In this document: positions 34,815 to 45,081 of the stretch, one piece after another
How positions within the stretch are numbered: the stretch's first letter is position 1
Layout of the letters: every line of letters starts with the position of its first letter
From: a virus
Taxonomy: Duplodnaviria; Caudoviricetes
Length of the DNA: 60,347 bases
IMG/VR virus record: IMGVR_UViG_3300045107_000842
Location: 1-60,347 of that record
Reading direction: 5' to 3' (one strand)
The notes under the pieces: generated by a model
Told to the model about the DNA's origin: nothing
Databases searched by the model: none
What the model saw: only the letters and a program-made list of their open reading frames with translations
Translations under genes and position numbers: made by a program

Positions 34815-35388
34815 TGCGGCCGAGCAAGCCGATCGGCGAGCTGGCGGGCTGCGAGGCCGGCTCCTCGGCGCCGGGCAGCTCGTCGGCGGCGCCGACGGGC
34901 TGCTTGCCGCCGAAGGGCAGGTTCGGCTGCACCGTCGCGGCGGCGAGCTGCAGCAGGATGCGCTGGCGCGCCGCCGGCGAGAGCCCGAAGCGGTCCTCGA
35001 GGTCGATCAGCCGGCGCGCCAGGCGATCCTGGACGATGAACTGCGGCCGCAACCGGTGCAGCGTGCCGTGCTGCGACTTCGAGACGTAGGTGTCGCCGAG
35101 CTTGTCGAGCTCGCGCGTCACCTCCCAGTAGCGGGCCAGCGTGTCGCAGTAGCGCGCGAAGGCCTGGCCGTCGGTGGTGCGCAACAGCTTGAGGCGGGCG
35201 AGCTCGGGCGCCAGCGCCTGCCAGACTTGGCGCGCCGGCTCGGAGAGCTGGGGCGGAGGCGCGGCCTCGGGCCCCTCGGCCGCCAGCACCGGCACGGCAT
35301 CGGCGAACGCCGTTCGCCGCTTGCGCCGACCGGGATTGCCGCGCGCCTCGGCGATCTCCGCCGGCACCGGCCTGCGACCTCGAGCCAT
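34804..35388 (-). CDS. Terminase small subunit, P27 family
   Basis: GRRPVP..RGNPGRR, FARYC, FGLSPAARQRI. Confidence 0.9.
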   Translation of the reverse strand: MARGRRPVPAEIAEARGNPGRRKRRTAFADAVPVLAAEGPEAAPPPQLSEPARQVWQALAPELARLKLLRTTDGQAFARYCDTLARYWEVTRELDKLGDTYVSKSQHGTLHRLRPQFIVQDRLARRLIDLEDRFGLSPAARQRILLQLAAATVQPNLPFGGKQPVGAADELPGAEEPASQPASSPIGLLGRSVH

Positions 35389-35459
35389 CCGACCCTCACC
35401 GGGCCGCACGGCCCTCCATCTCGCCGGCGCCCTTCACGGCTGCCGGTCGGCCGCCCCTC

Positions 35460-35560
35460 GCGGGGCCCCAAAAAAACTTCCCCGAATTTCGCGCCCCCCC
35501 AAATCCGGCTGGGCGCCGGTCCGGGGGCGGATCGCGGTGCGCGCCAGACCCCCTACCCAT
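35460..35560. other. Putative cos/packaging-site region
   Basis: Non-coding, just upstream of terS; minus strand GGGTAGGGGGTC...GGACCGGCGCCCAG...GCGCGAAATTC...TTTTTTT resembles cos regions of HK97-like phages. Confidence 0.5.
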
Positions 35561-35642
35561 CGCATTTTGCAATGCTCCAGGGGCGCGACGCCGGGCGCCG
35601 ATACGCGCCCGGCGCATAGCGAAATGCGACGCAGCAGCGCGG

Positions 35643-35804
35643 CTACTTGCCCTTCTTGCCGCCGCTCGACGGCTTCGGCCGATGCTCGGTCTCGGTCGTC
35701 GAGGGATGGCTCTTGGCGTACTGCTTCGTGACGAACTCGCCGCTCTTGGCACTGCGGTTGATGGTGCGGGATCCGCTGCCACCACCGCTGCTGGGCTTCT
35801 TCAT
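35643..35804 (-). CDS. Small basic protein, 53 aa (absent from the ORF track)
   Basis: MKKPSSGGGSGSRTINRSAKSGEFVTKQYAKSHPSTTETEHRPKPSSGGKKGK; GAGAGGG RBS. Confidence 0.7.
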   Translation of the reverse strand: MKKPSSGGGSGSRTINRSAKSGEFVTKQYAKSHPSTTETEHRPKPSSGGKKGK

Positions 35805-35871
35805 GGCACCCTCTCAGGGTTGACGAACCCGAAGAAGATACACCGATTCGCGGGTCACATGAGGGAGGCCC

Positions 35872-35916
35872 AAAAGCGAAGCGGCGGCCGGGTGGAACCT
35901 GGCCGCCGCTTTCCGC
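35872..35916 (-). terminator. tR'-like terminator after the late promoter
   Basis: Stem AAGCGGCGGCC/GGCCGCCGCTT followed on the minus strand by CGCTTTT. Confidence 0.6.
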
Positions 35917-35938
35917 TCACCTAATTCAGCGTGGCGGG

Positions 35939-35968
35939 ACTATAGTCAAGGGCTCTTCGTATTGTCAA
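35939..35968 (-). promoter_or_regulatory. pR'-like late promoter
   Basis: Minus strand TTGACA-N18-TATAGT overlapping the end of 35946..36638. Confidence 0.7.
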
Positions 35969-36638
35969 GGCTTGCTGCGGCGAGCGGCCCGAGCAGCGCC
36001 GCGGCGGGCATGTCCCACGGCGCATCGGCGAATCGTGGCGGCCGCACCGACCAGCGGCGCAGCCGCTCCGGCTCGGCGATCAGGGCGCGCGCGACGTGCT
36101 CCAGGCCGGCGCGCCAGTTGCGGTACTCCTCGCGCACCGACGCGATGTAGCTCGGCTCGTGCTCGGGCTCGAGCGGGCACGAGATCGCGTTGCGGTTACT
36201 GTCGTAGATCATCTTGAAGCTGCCCTCCGCGGGCCGACCTTCGCGATCGAAGCGCGGGCCCTTTCGCCAGACGGGGACCAAGCCGGGCTCCGGCAGCCAC
36301 GCACCCTGGGGCGGCTCGCCGGTGCGCCCCGCCTCGATCACCGGCAGCCGGCACGGATCCGGCAGCTTCGCGATCAGCCCCCACACCAGCTCGGCGTCGG
36401 GATGCAGCTCGCCGCTGTCATGGCCGATGCGCTGGATGCGCCCGCCGATCCCGATATTGTCCATCGTCGCGGCGACGCCGTCCGCGCTCCGGCGATAGAC
36501 GCGCCGCCCCTCGGCCGCGAGCTCGCCCTCGAACAGCCCGATGCCGGCGCCGTCGATGCGGTGCGCCTTCTGATCGCGGATCACCCACACCACCAGGTCC
36601 TGGATCTCGATCGGCCGCTTCGCCCGCTGCTGCTGCAT
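35946..36638 (-). CDS. Hypothetical protein at the Q/late-control position
   Basis: 230 aa; last early gene before the late promoter and terminator; function inferred from position only. Confidence 0.7.
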   Translation of the reverse strand: MQQQRAKRPIEIQDLVVWVIRDQKAHRIDGAGIGLFEGELAAEGRRVYRRSADGVAATMDNIGIGGRIQRIGHDSGELHPDAELVWGLIAKLPDPCRLPVIEAGRTGEPPQGAWLPEPGLVPVWRKGPRFDREGRPAEGSFKMIYDSNRNAISCPLEPEHEPSYIASVREEYRNWRAGLEHVARALIAEPERLRRWSVRPPRFADAPWDMPAAALLGPLAAASLDNTKSP

Positions 36639-36664
36639 ACCGCTTCGCTCCTCTCAAGAGGGTT

Positions 36665-36936
36665 TGGACAGTTTGGACAGTTGGATGGTTACTTCTTCCC
36701 CACGCGAGGAGAGACGCTCCAAACCCCTCGCGCACATGCATCTCCCCCGGAAACCCTCCAAACCCTCCAACCCTCCATCGTGCCAATCACATCAAGGACT
36801 TGCGTCCTGGACAGTTGTGGAGGGTTGGACAGTTAGGCGCCATAATCGTCGATCCCCGAGGGTGGCGGCGCGCCCGCCGGGCCGCTCGTCGACCCTCCGC
36901 CGGCGCTCGAACTGTCCAACCCTCCAAAACTGTCCT
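36665..36936. repeat. Iteron array, putative replication origin
   Basis: Four blocks of three 9-mers (TGGACAGTT/TGGAGGGTT and variants) in alternating orientation at 36665-36690, 36752-36777, 36808-36834 and 36910-36936. Confidence 0.75.
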
Positions 36937-38455
36937 GCGTCAGCTCGAGGTCGCGATAGTGCACGATCCCCGTCTTCTGCTTGACGTAGCCCATGTCGCC
37001 GAGCCGCCGCCCGAACAGCGTCCCGCTGGCCGGCTCGATGCCGTTGGCCTTGGCCCAGTCGCAATAGACGGCGTAGAGCCGCTTGGCCTGCACCGAGGCG
37101 CCGGCGACGCGCGCCGTGCAGGCGCGCATGAACTCGCCGATCGGGTCGCTCTCCGAGCGATAGGTCTCGGTCGCCGCCGCCACTTCGGGCGGGTCCTGCA
37201 GCCCGGTCTCCCGGTACATCCGGTAGCCGTCGAGCAGCCAGTTGAGGATCCCCGCCGCCTCGGCCGCGAGCTTCGCCATCAGGTGGCGGTCGCGCTCCTC
37301 GCGCGGGATGACCTGGGTGAACGGCACCAGCTTGACGCGCCGCCAGATCCCCTCGTCCTGCCCGCGGATCGCCGGCTTGATGTTGGCGAGCAGGATGAAC
37401 TTGAAGCAGGGGCGGAACTCGAAGAGGTCCTGGAACAGGTGGCGCGCCGTCACCCGGTCGCCGCCGGTCACCGTCTTGACCATCGTCTCGGAGAGCTTGG
37501 CCCCGACCTCGGGCTCGGCCGCCGTGACGAGCCGCCGCCCCGGCAGCCGCGCCAGGTCCGGCGTCGCGTCGCCGCCGCGCCGGACGTCGTCGGCGAGGAA
37601 GGTCTGCACGGCGACCGACACGGCATAGTCGCCGAGCACGCGCGCCACCGTCTCGACCAGCGTGCTCTTCCCGTTGGCGCCGCTGCCGTAGAAGATGAAC
37701 ATCAGCTGCTCGCCGGTCAGCCCCGTCAGCGCGTAGCCGAGGAGTTGCTGCACGAAGCGCTGCAGCGCCGCCGACGGCAGGATGCGGTCGAGGAAGGCGT
37801 GCCATTGCGGGCAGTCGGCCTCGGGGTCGTAGGCGACCGGGGAGCACTGCGTCACCAGGTCGGCGCGGTCGTGCGGCCGCAGCCGGATCTCCGGCCCGCC
37901 CAGCTCCAGGGTCCCGTTGGCGACGCTGACCAGCAGCGGATCGGCGTCGAGCGCCGCCGCCGGGCGCTCGCAATAGGGCTGGGCCGCCTCGAGCATCGCC
38001 CGGCTCTTGCCCGCGTTGCCCGATGAGATCCCGAACTTGAAGTGCGCCGACTGCCGCTCGCGGACCGCCTTCAGCCGCGCCTTCGCCGCCGCGATCGGCT
38101 CGCTCATGCCGCCCTCGGCCTCCGCCTCGAGCCGCTGCAGCTCGATCTCTGCCGCCGTCACGTCGGCGCCGAGCGCCGCCGCCTCGTCGGCGATCTTCTG
38201 CGCCACCAGGTGGGTCCGCTTGATCGCCTCGCTGTTCTCGCGGTTGCACCGGGCCCAGCGGATGCCATCCCAGACGTACCAGCCGGCCCCGTCGACATGG
38301 ATCAGGTCGGCGCCGAAGCGCGCGATCAGCCGCTGCGCGTTGCCATAGTCGTTGCGGTCGAGATCGGCCAGCTCCCGGTCATCGGGCGGCGGCGGCTCCG
38401 CGGGTGCCGCCTCGGCGATGACGCCGGCGATATCGCCCAAGGGATCCGGGGGCAT
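36833..38455 (-). CDS. P4-family/D5-like primase-associated SF3 helicase
   Basis: NDYGNAQRL, YGSGANGKST, LARLPGRRLV, KTVTGGDRVTARHL, DEGIWRR. Confidence 0.93.
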   Translation of the reverse strand: MPPDPLGDIAGVIAEAAPAEPPPPDDRELADLDRNDYGNAQRLIARFGADLIHVDGAGWYVWDGIRWARCNRENSEAIKRTHLVAQKIADEAAALGADVTAAEIELQRLEAEAEGGMSEPIAAAKARLKAVRERQSAHFKFGISSGNAGKSRAMLEAAQPYCERPAAALDADPLLVSVANGTLELGGPEIRLRPHDRADLVTQCSPVAYDPEADCPQWHAFLDRILPSAALQRFVQQLLGYALTGLTGEQLMFIFYGSGANGKSTLVETVARVLGDYAVSVAVQTFLADDVRRGGDATPDLARLPGRRLVTAAEPEVGAKLSETMVKTVTGGDRVTARHLFQDLFEFRPCFKFILLANIKPAIRGQDEGIWRRVKLVPFTQVIPREERDRHLMAKLAAEAAGILNWLLDGYRMYRETGLQDPPEVAAATETYRSESDPIGEFMRACTARVAGASVQAKRLYAVYCDWAKANGIEPASGTLFGRRLGDMGYVKQKTGIVHYRDLELTQDSFGGLDSSSAGGGSTSGPAGAPPPSGIDDYGA

Positions 38456-38461
38456 GGAGGA

Positions 38462-39604
38462 TCAGGCCTCCAGGGCGGCGGCGGCGCGGGCGCGCTCGGC
38501 GCCCTGGAGCTGCCGCTCCCAGTCGTTGAAGTCCATGCCGCCAGGCGGCCGGGCGATGCGCACGCGCAGGTTGCGCTGCTGCAGCCGCCGCGCCGCCCGG
38601 GCCAGCAGCGCCTCGGTGGTGGCGCGGTCACCGTCGGCGTCGGCCAGCAGGATCACCTCGCGCGTGCCCTCCGGCGGCAGCAGCCCCGGCCGCGCCAGGT
38701 CCGGCCAGGCGCTCGGCAGCCAGCGGTCTGGCTTCTCCGGATGGCGCACGCGGCGATGCGTCTCGCCATCGCCGCCGCCGGCGATGTTGCCGAGCGACAG
38801 CGCCGCCCAGACCGGCGTCATGTCGCCCGTGCGGCGCAGCGCCTGCAGCACCGAGAGGCAAGTCTCGATCCCCTCGCCGATGGCCAGCACCGGCCCGGCC
38901 GGCGCGAAGCGGACGCCGCCGCGCCAGCACGGCCCCAGCATCATCTTGGCCGGCTCGACATTCGCCTTGCCGCCGCCATCGGCGCGCAGGAACGTCCGGT
39001 GGATCGCCACCACGCGATCGCGCGCGCCCTGCACGCCGGCGACCATGGCCGGCAGGATCTCGCCGGTGTCGGGATGCGTCGCCTCGGGATCGAAGCGCAG
39101 CGAGGGCGGCACGCCGCCGATCGCCGCCGGCTCGATGCCGCGGGAGCGGAGATAGGCCTCGACCAGCGTGCCGCCGGCGGGCCGCGCCCGCCGCCAGATC
39201 GACAGCGCGCTCTCGGCGCGCCAGCGCTCGCGCTCCGCCTCGCGCCGGGCGAGCTCGGCCTGCTGGCGCGCCAGCCGGACGCGATCGCGGGCGACCTGGT
39301 CGGGATCGCGGCGGAGCTCGTCGAGCCCGGCCTCGCCGCGAAGGCGCGCAACCGCCCCGGCGAAATCGACGCCCTCGAGCCGCATGACGAACGCGAAATG
39401 GTCGCCATGCGCGCCGCAGCCGAAGCAATGGAAGAACCCCTTGCGCTCGACCACGGTGAAGGACGGCGTCTTCTCGGCATGGAACGGGCACAGCCCGAGC
39501 TGCTCGCCGCCGCGCTTCTTCAGCGGCACGCGGCGGCCGATCAGCGCGCCGAGCGGCACCCGGGCGCGGATCTCGTCGAGCTCGGCCTTGTCGGCGAGGG
39601 GCAT
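38462..39604 (-). CDS. DNA primase-like protein (CHC2 zinc finger + Toprim)
   Basis: CPFHAEKTPSF..FHCFGCG; IHRTFL; IGEGIET; LLADAD. Confidence 0.9.
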   Translation of the reverse strand: MPLADKAELDEIRARVPLGALIGRRVPLKKRGGEQLGLCPFHAEKTPSFTVVERKGFFHCFGCGAHGDHFAFVMRLEGVDFAGAVARLRGEAGLDELRRDPDQVARDRVRLARQQAELARREAERERWRAESALSIWRRARPAGGTLVEAYLRSRGIEPAAIGGVPPSLRFDPEATHPDTGEILPAMVAGVQGARDRVVAIHRTFLRADGGGKANVEPAKMMLGPCWRGGVRFAPAGPVLAIGEGIETCLSVLQALRRTGDMTPVWAALSLGNIAGGGDGETHRRVRHPEKPDRWLPSAWPDLARPGLLPPEGTREVILLADADGDRATTEALLARAARRLQQRNLRVRIARPPGGMDFNDWERQLQGAERARAAAALEA

Positions 39605-39608
39605 GTGC

Positions 39609-39800
39609 TCAGTACTCGAAGCGGGCAATCGCTCGCATGCAGCTGGCGGGCAACGGCGAGACCTCGCAGCGTTGGATCATCTCGAGCGAGACGTAGCGGT
39701 GGCACCGATCGCAATATTCCGGCTCGTCGGCCTCGGCGACCTCCTCGTCGTCGACCTCCGTCCATGGCAGCCGGAAATCGCGCAGCACCCCGCGTCTCAT
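39609..39800 (-). CDS. Small Cys-containing hypothetical protein
   Basis: 63 aa; ATGA coupling; CDRC. Confidence 0.5.
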   Translation of the reverse strand: MRRGVLRDFRLPWTEVDDEEVAEADEPEYCDRCHRYVSLEMIQRCEVSPLPASCMRAIARFEY

Positions 39801-40710
39801 GCCACCACCCTCCCATAGGCCCGCTTGATCAGCTCCGCGAGTACAGCTGCGGTGCTGCCGCCAACGTCCCGGCTGCGCTCCTTGGCCGCGTGTAGCCAGT
39901 CGCGCGCCTCGCGGCTGGCGACGGCGCTGACCAGGCGCTCGCGGTAGAACGGAACCGCCCAGCCGGTGTCGGCGAGCAGCATGGCCACCGCGGCGATCAG
40001 CTCGGCGCGGAGCTGGTCGCGCCGCTCGCCCGCCGCCTCGCGAATCACCGCCAGCGCTTCACGCACCGGCCGGTCGCCGAGCTTGCCGAGCAGCCAGGCG
40101 ATCTTCTTGACCGAGATCGTCTGCCCCGGCGGCAGGCCGTCGCCGCCATGGCTGCGCTGCGCCACGGTCACCCCGGCCGCCCGGCACACCGCCTCGATGC
40201 GCAGCGCCTCGGCCTCGCCGCGGCGGCGGCCGCGCGATGGAGCTGCGTCGGCAGTAGGATGGCGCGGTCGCGGTTGAGCGCGACGAACTGCGCGGCCTGC
40301 GCCTCGACCGACGGCGCGTCGACGATGTAGCAGGGCAGCCGCGCCAGCCCGACCTGGCGCGACGCCTCGAGCCGGTGCTGGCCGTCGATCACCCACCACA
40401 GCGGCTCGCCGTCCTGCGCATCCTCGGCGACGGTGAGCGGCTGGAACAGCGCCCAGCGGAATCCGGCGGCGATGCGCCCGATCCGCCCGCGCCCGTCCTT
40501 CGAGACCGGCCGCTGGTAGCGCCGGTCGATCTCCAGCCGGTCGACCGGCAGCCACGCCACGCGCGGCGGTGGCCCCGGATCGGTCGTCAGCCCGGCACGC
40601 GTGCCAGCCGGCGGCAGCACCTCGGCCGCCGCCGGCGCCATCGCGACCGGGGCGCCGAGCGGCTCGCCCCGCGGGCCGCTCAGCAGGTTGGTCCGCCGCG
40701 CCAGCACCAT
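39797..40710 (-). pseudogene. ParB-N-like domain protein, frameshifted near 40217-40235
   Basis: LEIDRRYQR, VIDGQHRL, FVALNRDR in one frame; continuation GEAEALRIEAVCRAAGV...RAYGRVVA in another. Confidence 0.75.
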
Positions 40711-41023
40711 CAGCGCGCGATCCCCGCCGCCGCCAGCATCGGCGCCGCGCCATAGATCTCGCTGTCGCTGCAGCCCGGGCAGATCCGGTTGCCGGGCCCC
40801 GACGAATCGAACGCCGCCCCGCAGGCCAGGCAGCGCCGCATCCGGGCCTGCGCCGGCCGGATCTCGCCCGGCTGCAGCGTCTCCCGCTTGCACTGGACGG
40901 AGAGCACCGACCGGCCGAGCGCCACCGCGATCGCCGCGTCGGCGGCGCCGGCCGCCACCATCTCGGCAAGCCGGCGGATCTCGTCGGGCCGCCAGCGCGG
41001 CCGCGGAATGCCTGCCCGGCCGC

Positions 41024-41027
<4 letters not shown>
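40710..41027 (-). CDS. HTH + zinc-finger hypothetical protein
   Basis: WRPDEIRRLAEM..IAVALGRS; RRCLACG..FDSSGPGNRICPGC. Confidence 0.7.
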
Positions 41028-41997
<970 letters not shown>

Positions 41998-41998
<1 letters not shown>

Positions 41999-42292
41999 CA
42001 GGCGTGCCCTCCGCCGCCGGCCATGCCGACCGTCGCCGCGGCGTAGCGCGGGTCGGCCTCGAGCCGGCGCGCGACGCCGGTCGTCGACCGCCTCGGGCAG
42101 CTCCGCCGCCAGCCGCGCGAGCAGATGCGCGCGCATTGAGGCGCGCGGGTCGAGCGAGATCAGGTCGGCCAGCGCGCCGGCGACGCCGGACACGGCCTGG
42201 TCGAGCCGCAGCTCGCCGCCCGCCAGCCGGGGCTTCACCAGCTCGTTGATCTGGCACTGGACGCAACCCTCGGCCGCGTGCTGCTGGGTCAT
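41998..42292 (-). pseudogene. Hypothetical protein with apparent frameshift near 42080
   Basis: MTQQHAAEGCVQC...EAVDD; the natural-looking end GVARRLEADPRYAAATVGMAGGGGHA* with TGATG coupling is in the +1 frame. Confidence 0.55.
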
Positions 42293-42603
42293 GCCACCCT
42301 CCTCCGCTCCTCGTCCGGCGCCTCGGCCAGCAGGCCGAGCGCCGCCTCGATTTCTGCCGGTGCACGGCCGAGCATCCGGGCGAGGTGCTCGACCGGCACC
42401 GCGGCCCGGCAAGCGACGAGCGCCTCCCACTCCGCCGCCGACAGCGCCGGGCCCGGCGCCGGTGCCGCCCACTCCCGAAGCCGCAGGCCATAGTCCCAGC
42501 ACAGCGCCAGGCCCGATCCCGCCGGGTATGGGCAGGCCAGCTCGGCGTCGCCGCGCGCCACCATGCCGCGCTGGATGGCGGCGAGACCCTGGCTCGCCGT
42601 CAC
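42289..42603 (-). CDS. Hypothetical protein
   Basis: GTGA/ATGA coupling; CPYP..CWDYG then HTH-like LARMLGR. Confidence 0.6.
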   Translation of the reverse strand: MTASQGLAAIQRGMVARGDAELACPYPAGSGLALCWDYGLRLREWAAPAPGPALSAAEWEALVACRAAVPVEHLARMLGRAPAEIEAALGLLAEAPDEERRRVA

Positions 42604-44192
42604 GCGGCCGCCGCCGCGGCGAGCTCGCCGCAATTGGCCTCGACGATCGCGCGGGCAATCGGCGGGCAGACGCTGTTGCCGCACATGCGGGTCTGCGCCG
42701 TCTTGGTCAGGCGCCGTCCCTCGAAGGGCGCGTCGACCACGTAGGAATCGGGGAAGCCCTGCGCCCGGAACAGCTCGCGCGGCACCAGCATGCGCATGCC
42801 GATATCGACGATCGTCCAGGGCTCGCCAGCGATCGTCACCGTCACGGCGCCGAAGCGGTCGCGGGTCGACTGGGTCCCGAGCGGCAGCTCGGGCTCCCGC
42901 CCGAGGGCGGCGCCGTTGTACTGGGTCAGGAACGCGGCGACGAGGGCATGGTGGCCGCCGGTGGTGATCGTCTTGATCGGCAGGCGCGGGTCGCCCTGCC
43001 CGCCATTCGTCGCCGAGCCGTACTGGTGGCTGAGCACCGCGGCGACGACCTGCTGCTGCGTTCCGCGGTGCACGATGGTCGAGAGCGGCTCGCCGGCATC
43101 GCGGCCGGTGCGCTCGCCATTGTGCTGCGCCAGGTAGGCGGCGACGAGCTGCTGCGTGGAGCCCTTGCCGACGATCGTCGAGACCGGCTCCGAAGCCGCA
43201 TGCCCAACCATGCCGCCATTGTGCTGGGCGAGGAAGGCCGCGACCAAGCCCGCGCCATTGCCGGTCGGGACGACGGTGGGCATCGGCGCGTCGGCAGGAA
43301 GGCATCGCGGATCCTGGCCCTCCCGCTCGCCATAGCGCGGCACCAGGAAGGGCGAGATCAGGGCATGCTCGCCGCGATGTGCCGCGGTCACCGTGCGCAG
43401 CGGCTCTTCGAGCCCGTGGACGCGGCTGTCGCCTGTATGCGTGATCGGAACGATGAAGGGCTGCGGGGCCTCGAGCACGAACCGGCGCACGCCGCGCGCG
43501 ATCCGCCGCAGCGTCGCCTCGGCGAGCGGTCGCTTGCGGCCGAAGATCGACGGGCACGGAATCGACCAGTCGATGCATTCGGCGGCCGTCCGCCAGGGCA
43601 GCGGCCGGCCGGGCCCGTGGCTCGGCTCCGGCCAACGGATCGGCAGGCCGTCGCGCCGGGCGACGATGAACAGCCGCTTGCGGATGGTCGGCGCGCCATA
43701 GTCGCAGGCGCGCAGCTCCCGCCACTCGACGCGGTAGCCGAGGTCGCGGAGCTGCGACAGCCAGCGCTCGAAGGTGGCGCCCTTGAGCGCCGCGACCGGC
43801 TTGCCGCCCTTGAGCGGCCCCCAGGTGCGGAACTCCTCGACGTTCTCGACCACGATGACGCGCGGCCGCGCCCGTGCCGCCCAGCGAAGCACGATCCAGG
43901 CGAGCCCGCGGATGTTGCGGTCGAGCAGCGCCGCGCCCTTGGCCTTCGAGAAGTGCTTGCAATCGGGCGAGGCCCACAGCAGCCCTACCGGCCGGCCGCC
44001 GGTCGCCTCGACCGGGTCGACCCGCCAGACGCTCTCGCAATAGTGCCGGGTCTCCGGGTGGTTGGCCGCGTGCATGGCGACCGCCTCGGGATCGTGGTTG
44101 ATCGCGATGTCCGGGCTGCGCCCGATCGCCATCTCGATCCCGAGCGAGGCCCCGCCCCCGCCGGCGAAGCTGTCGACGATCAGCTCGCTCAT
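42600..44192 (-). CDS. DNA cytosine-C5 methyltransferase
   Basis: DSFAGGGGAS, WASPDCKHFS, ENVEEF, YGAPTIRKRL, GNSVCP. Confidence 0.95.
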   Translation of the reverse strand: MSELIVDSFAGGGGASLGIEMAIGRSPDIAINHDPEAVAMHAANHPETRHYCESVWRVDPVEATGGRPVGLLWASPDCKHFSKAKGAALLDRNIRGLAWIVLRWAARARPRVIVVENVEEFRTWGPLKGGKPVAALKGATFERWLSQLRDLGYRVEWRELRACDYGAPTIRKRLFIVARRDGLPIRWPEPSHGPGRPLPWRTAAECIDWSIPCPSIFGRKRPLAEATLRRIARGVRRFVLEAPQPFIVPITHTGDSRVHGLEEPLRTVTAAHRGEHALISPFLVPRYGEREGQDPRCLPADAPMPTVVPTGNGAGLVAAFLAQHNGGMVGHAASEPVSTIVGKGSTQQLVAAYLAQHNGERTGRDAGEPLSTIVHRGTQQQVVAAVLSHQYGSATNGGQGDPRLPIKTITTGGHHALVAAFLTQYNGAALGREPELPLGTQSTRDRFGAVTVTIAGEPWTIVDIGMRMLVPRELFRAQGFPDSYVVDAPFEGRRLTKTAQTRMCGNSVCPPIARAIVEANCGELAAAAAA

Positions 44193-44857
44193 GCGCGGCC
44201 AGCCGGCGCTGCATCCCGTGGCGGAGGGGCGACCTGGGGTCCTACGGTCGCGCTGGGCGCGCCGTTCCCTTCCCGATGGCCACCATCGGATCCATGGGTG
44301 CTGGGGGCCTCGCGAGCCGTACCAGACCCCTCCTCTCGGGGTATCTCGTGACAGAGCCGGCCATGCACGCGGATCGGGTGATCCTCGGGCACGCGGCGGT
44401 CGAAGTCGGTGATTGCCTCGGCCAGGTTGGGATGGCGCTTGCCGATTCCACCCGTCGCCGAGCGCTGGTGGAACATCAGCAGCAGGTGGTGCGGCCGGTG
44501 CGCCGAGATATCCAGCCGGATGCGCGCCTCGTGGCACAGGAAGAGCAGCGTCGTGAGCTGCTCGAAGTCCCAGGTCGCCATGTCGCCACGCCAAGGCAGC
44601 GCGAGCGCGGCAAAGGGCAGCCACTCGACATTGTCCCAGTCGATCGGCGCGTTGTAGATGCCACCGCCGACGATCCCTAGAATGTCGAACGTGCGAGCCT
44701 GGAAAAGCGAGAGCTTCTCCGGCGCCCCGGGCCAGCCCTTGCGCTGTGCGAGCGCCTTGAGCTCGGGCTTTCGCATCGGCCGCCTGACCCAGCTGCGGCG
44801 GCACGCGTCTATCTGCCGCTGCACCCAGCCGGCGTGATCCATCTGCACGTAGCTCAT
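44189..44857 (-). CDS. Hypothetical phage protein
   Basis: ATG 44857; ATWDFEQLTTLLFLCHEARIRLDI; coupled at both ends. Confidence 0.7.
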   Translation of the reverse strand: MSYVQMDHAGWVQRQIDACRRSWVRRPMRKPELKALAQRKGWPGAPEKLSLFQARTFDILGIVGGGIYNAPIDWDNVEWLPFAALALPWRGDMATWDFEQLTTLLFLCHEARIRLDISAHRPHHLLLMFHQRSATGGIGKRHPNLAEAITDFDRRVPEDHPIRVHGRLCHEIPREEGSGTAREAPSTHGSDGGHREGNGAPSATVGPQVAPPPRDAAPAGRA

Positions 44858-45081
44858 TGCTGCATCGACCTCGCGGTTCTCAGGTCGAAATTGTCCGATG
44901 GTCCCCAGGCGACCTGGTCGTCGACCAGCGGCCGGAGGTTGACCAGGTAGCCGCCGGCGAGCTCGGCCGCGACCTGGCGCACGAGCAGCGCGTCGAGGTC
45001 GATCGGCGAGGTCTCCTGGATCGTGCGGGCGAGATGCTCCTGGTTGCCCTCGCCGCCCCAGACGTCGAAGACGAGCTTCAT
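44854..45081 (-). CDS. Hypothetical protein
   Basis: 75 aa; ATGA coupling at both ends. Confidence 0.65.
   Translation of the reverse strand: MKLVFDVWGGEGNQEHLARTIQETSPIDLDALLVRQVAAELAGGYLVNLRPLVDDQVAWGPSDNFDLRTARSMQQ

Noticed and set aside
36665-36936. Possible CRISPR or mini-array
   Set aside because: Units are 9 bp, abutting and in alternating orientation, with no unique spacers and no cas genes; better explained as iterons
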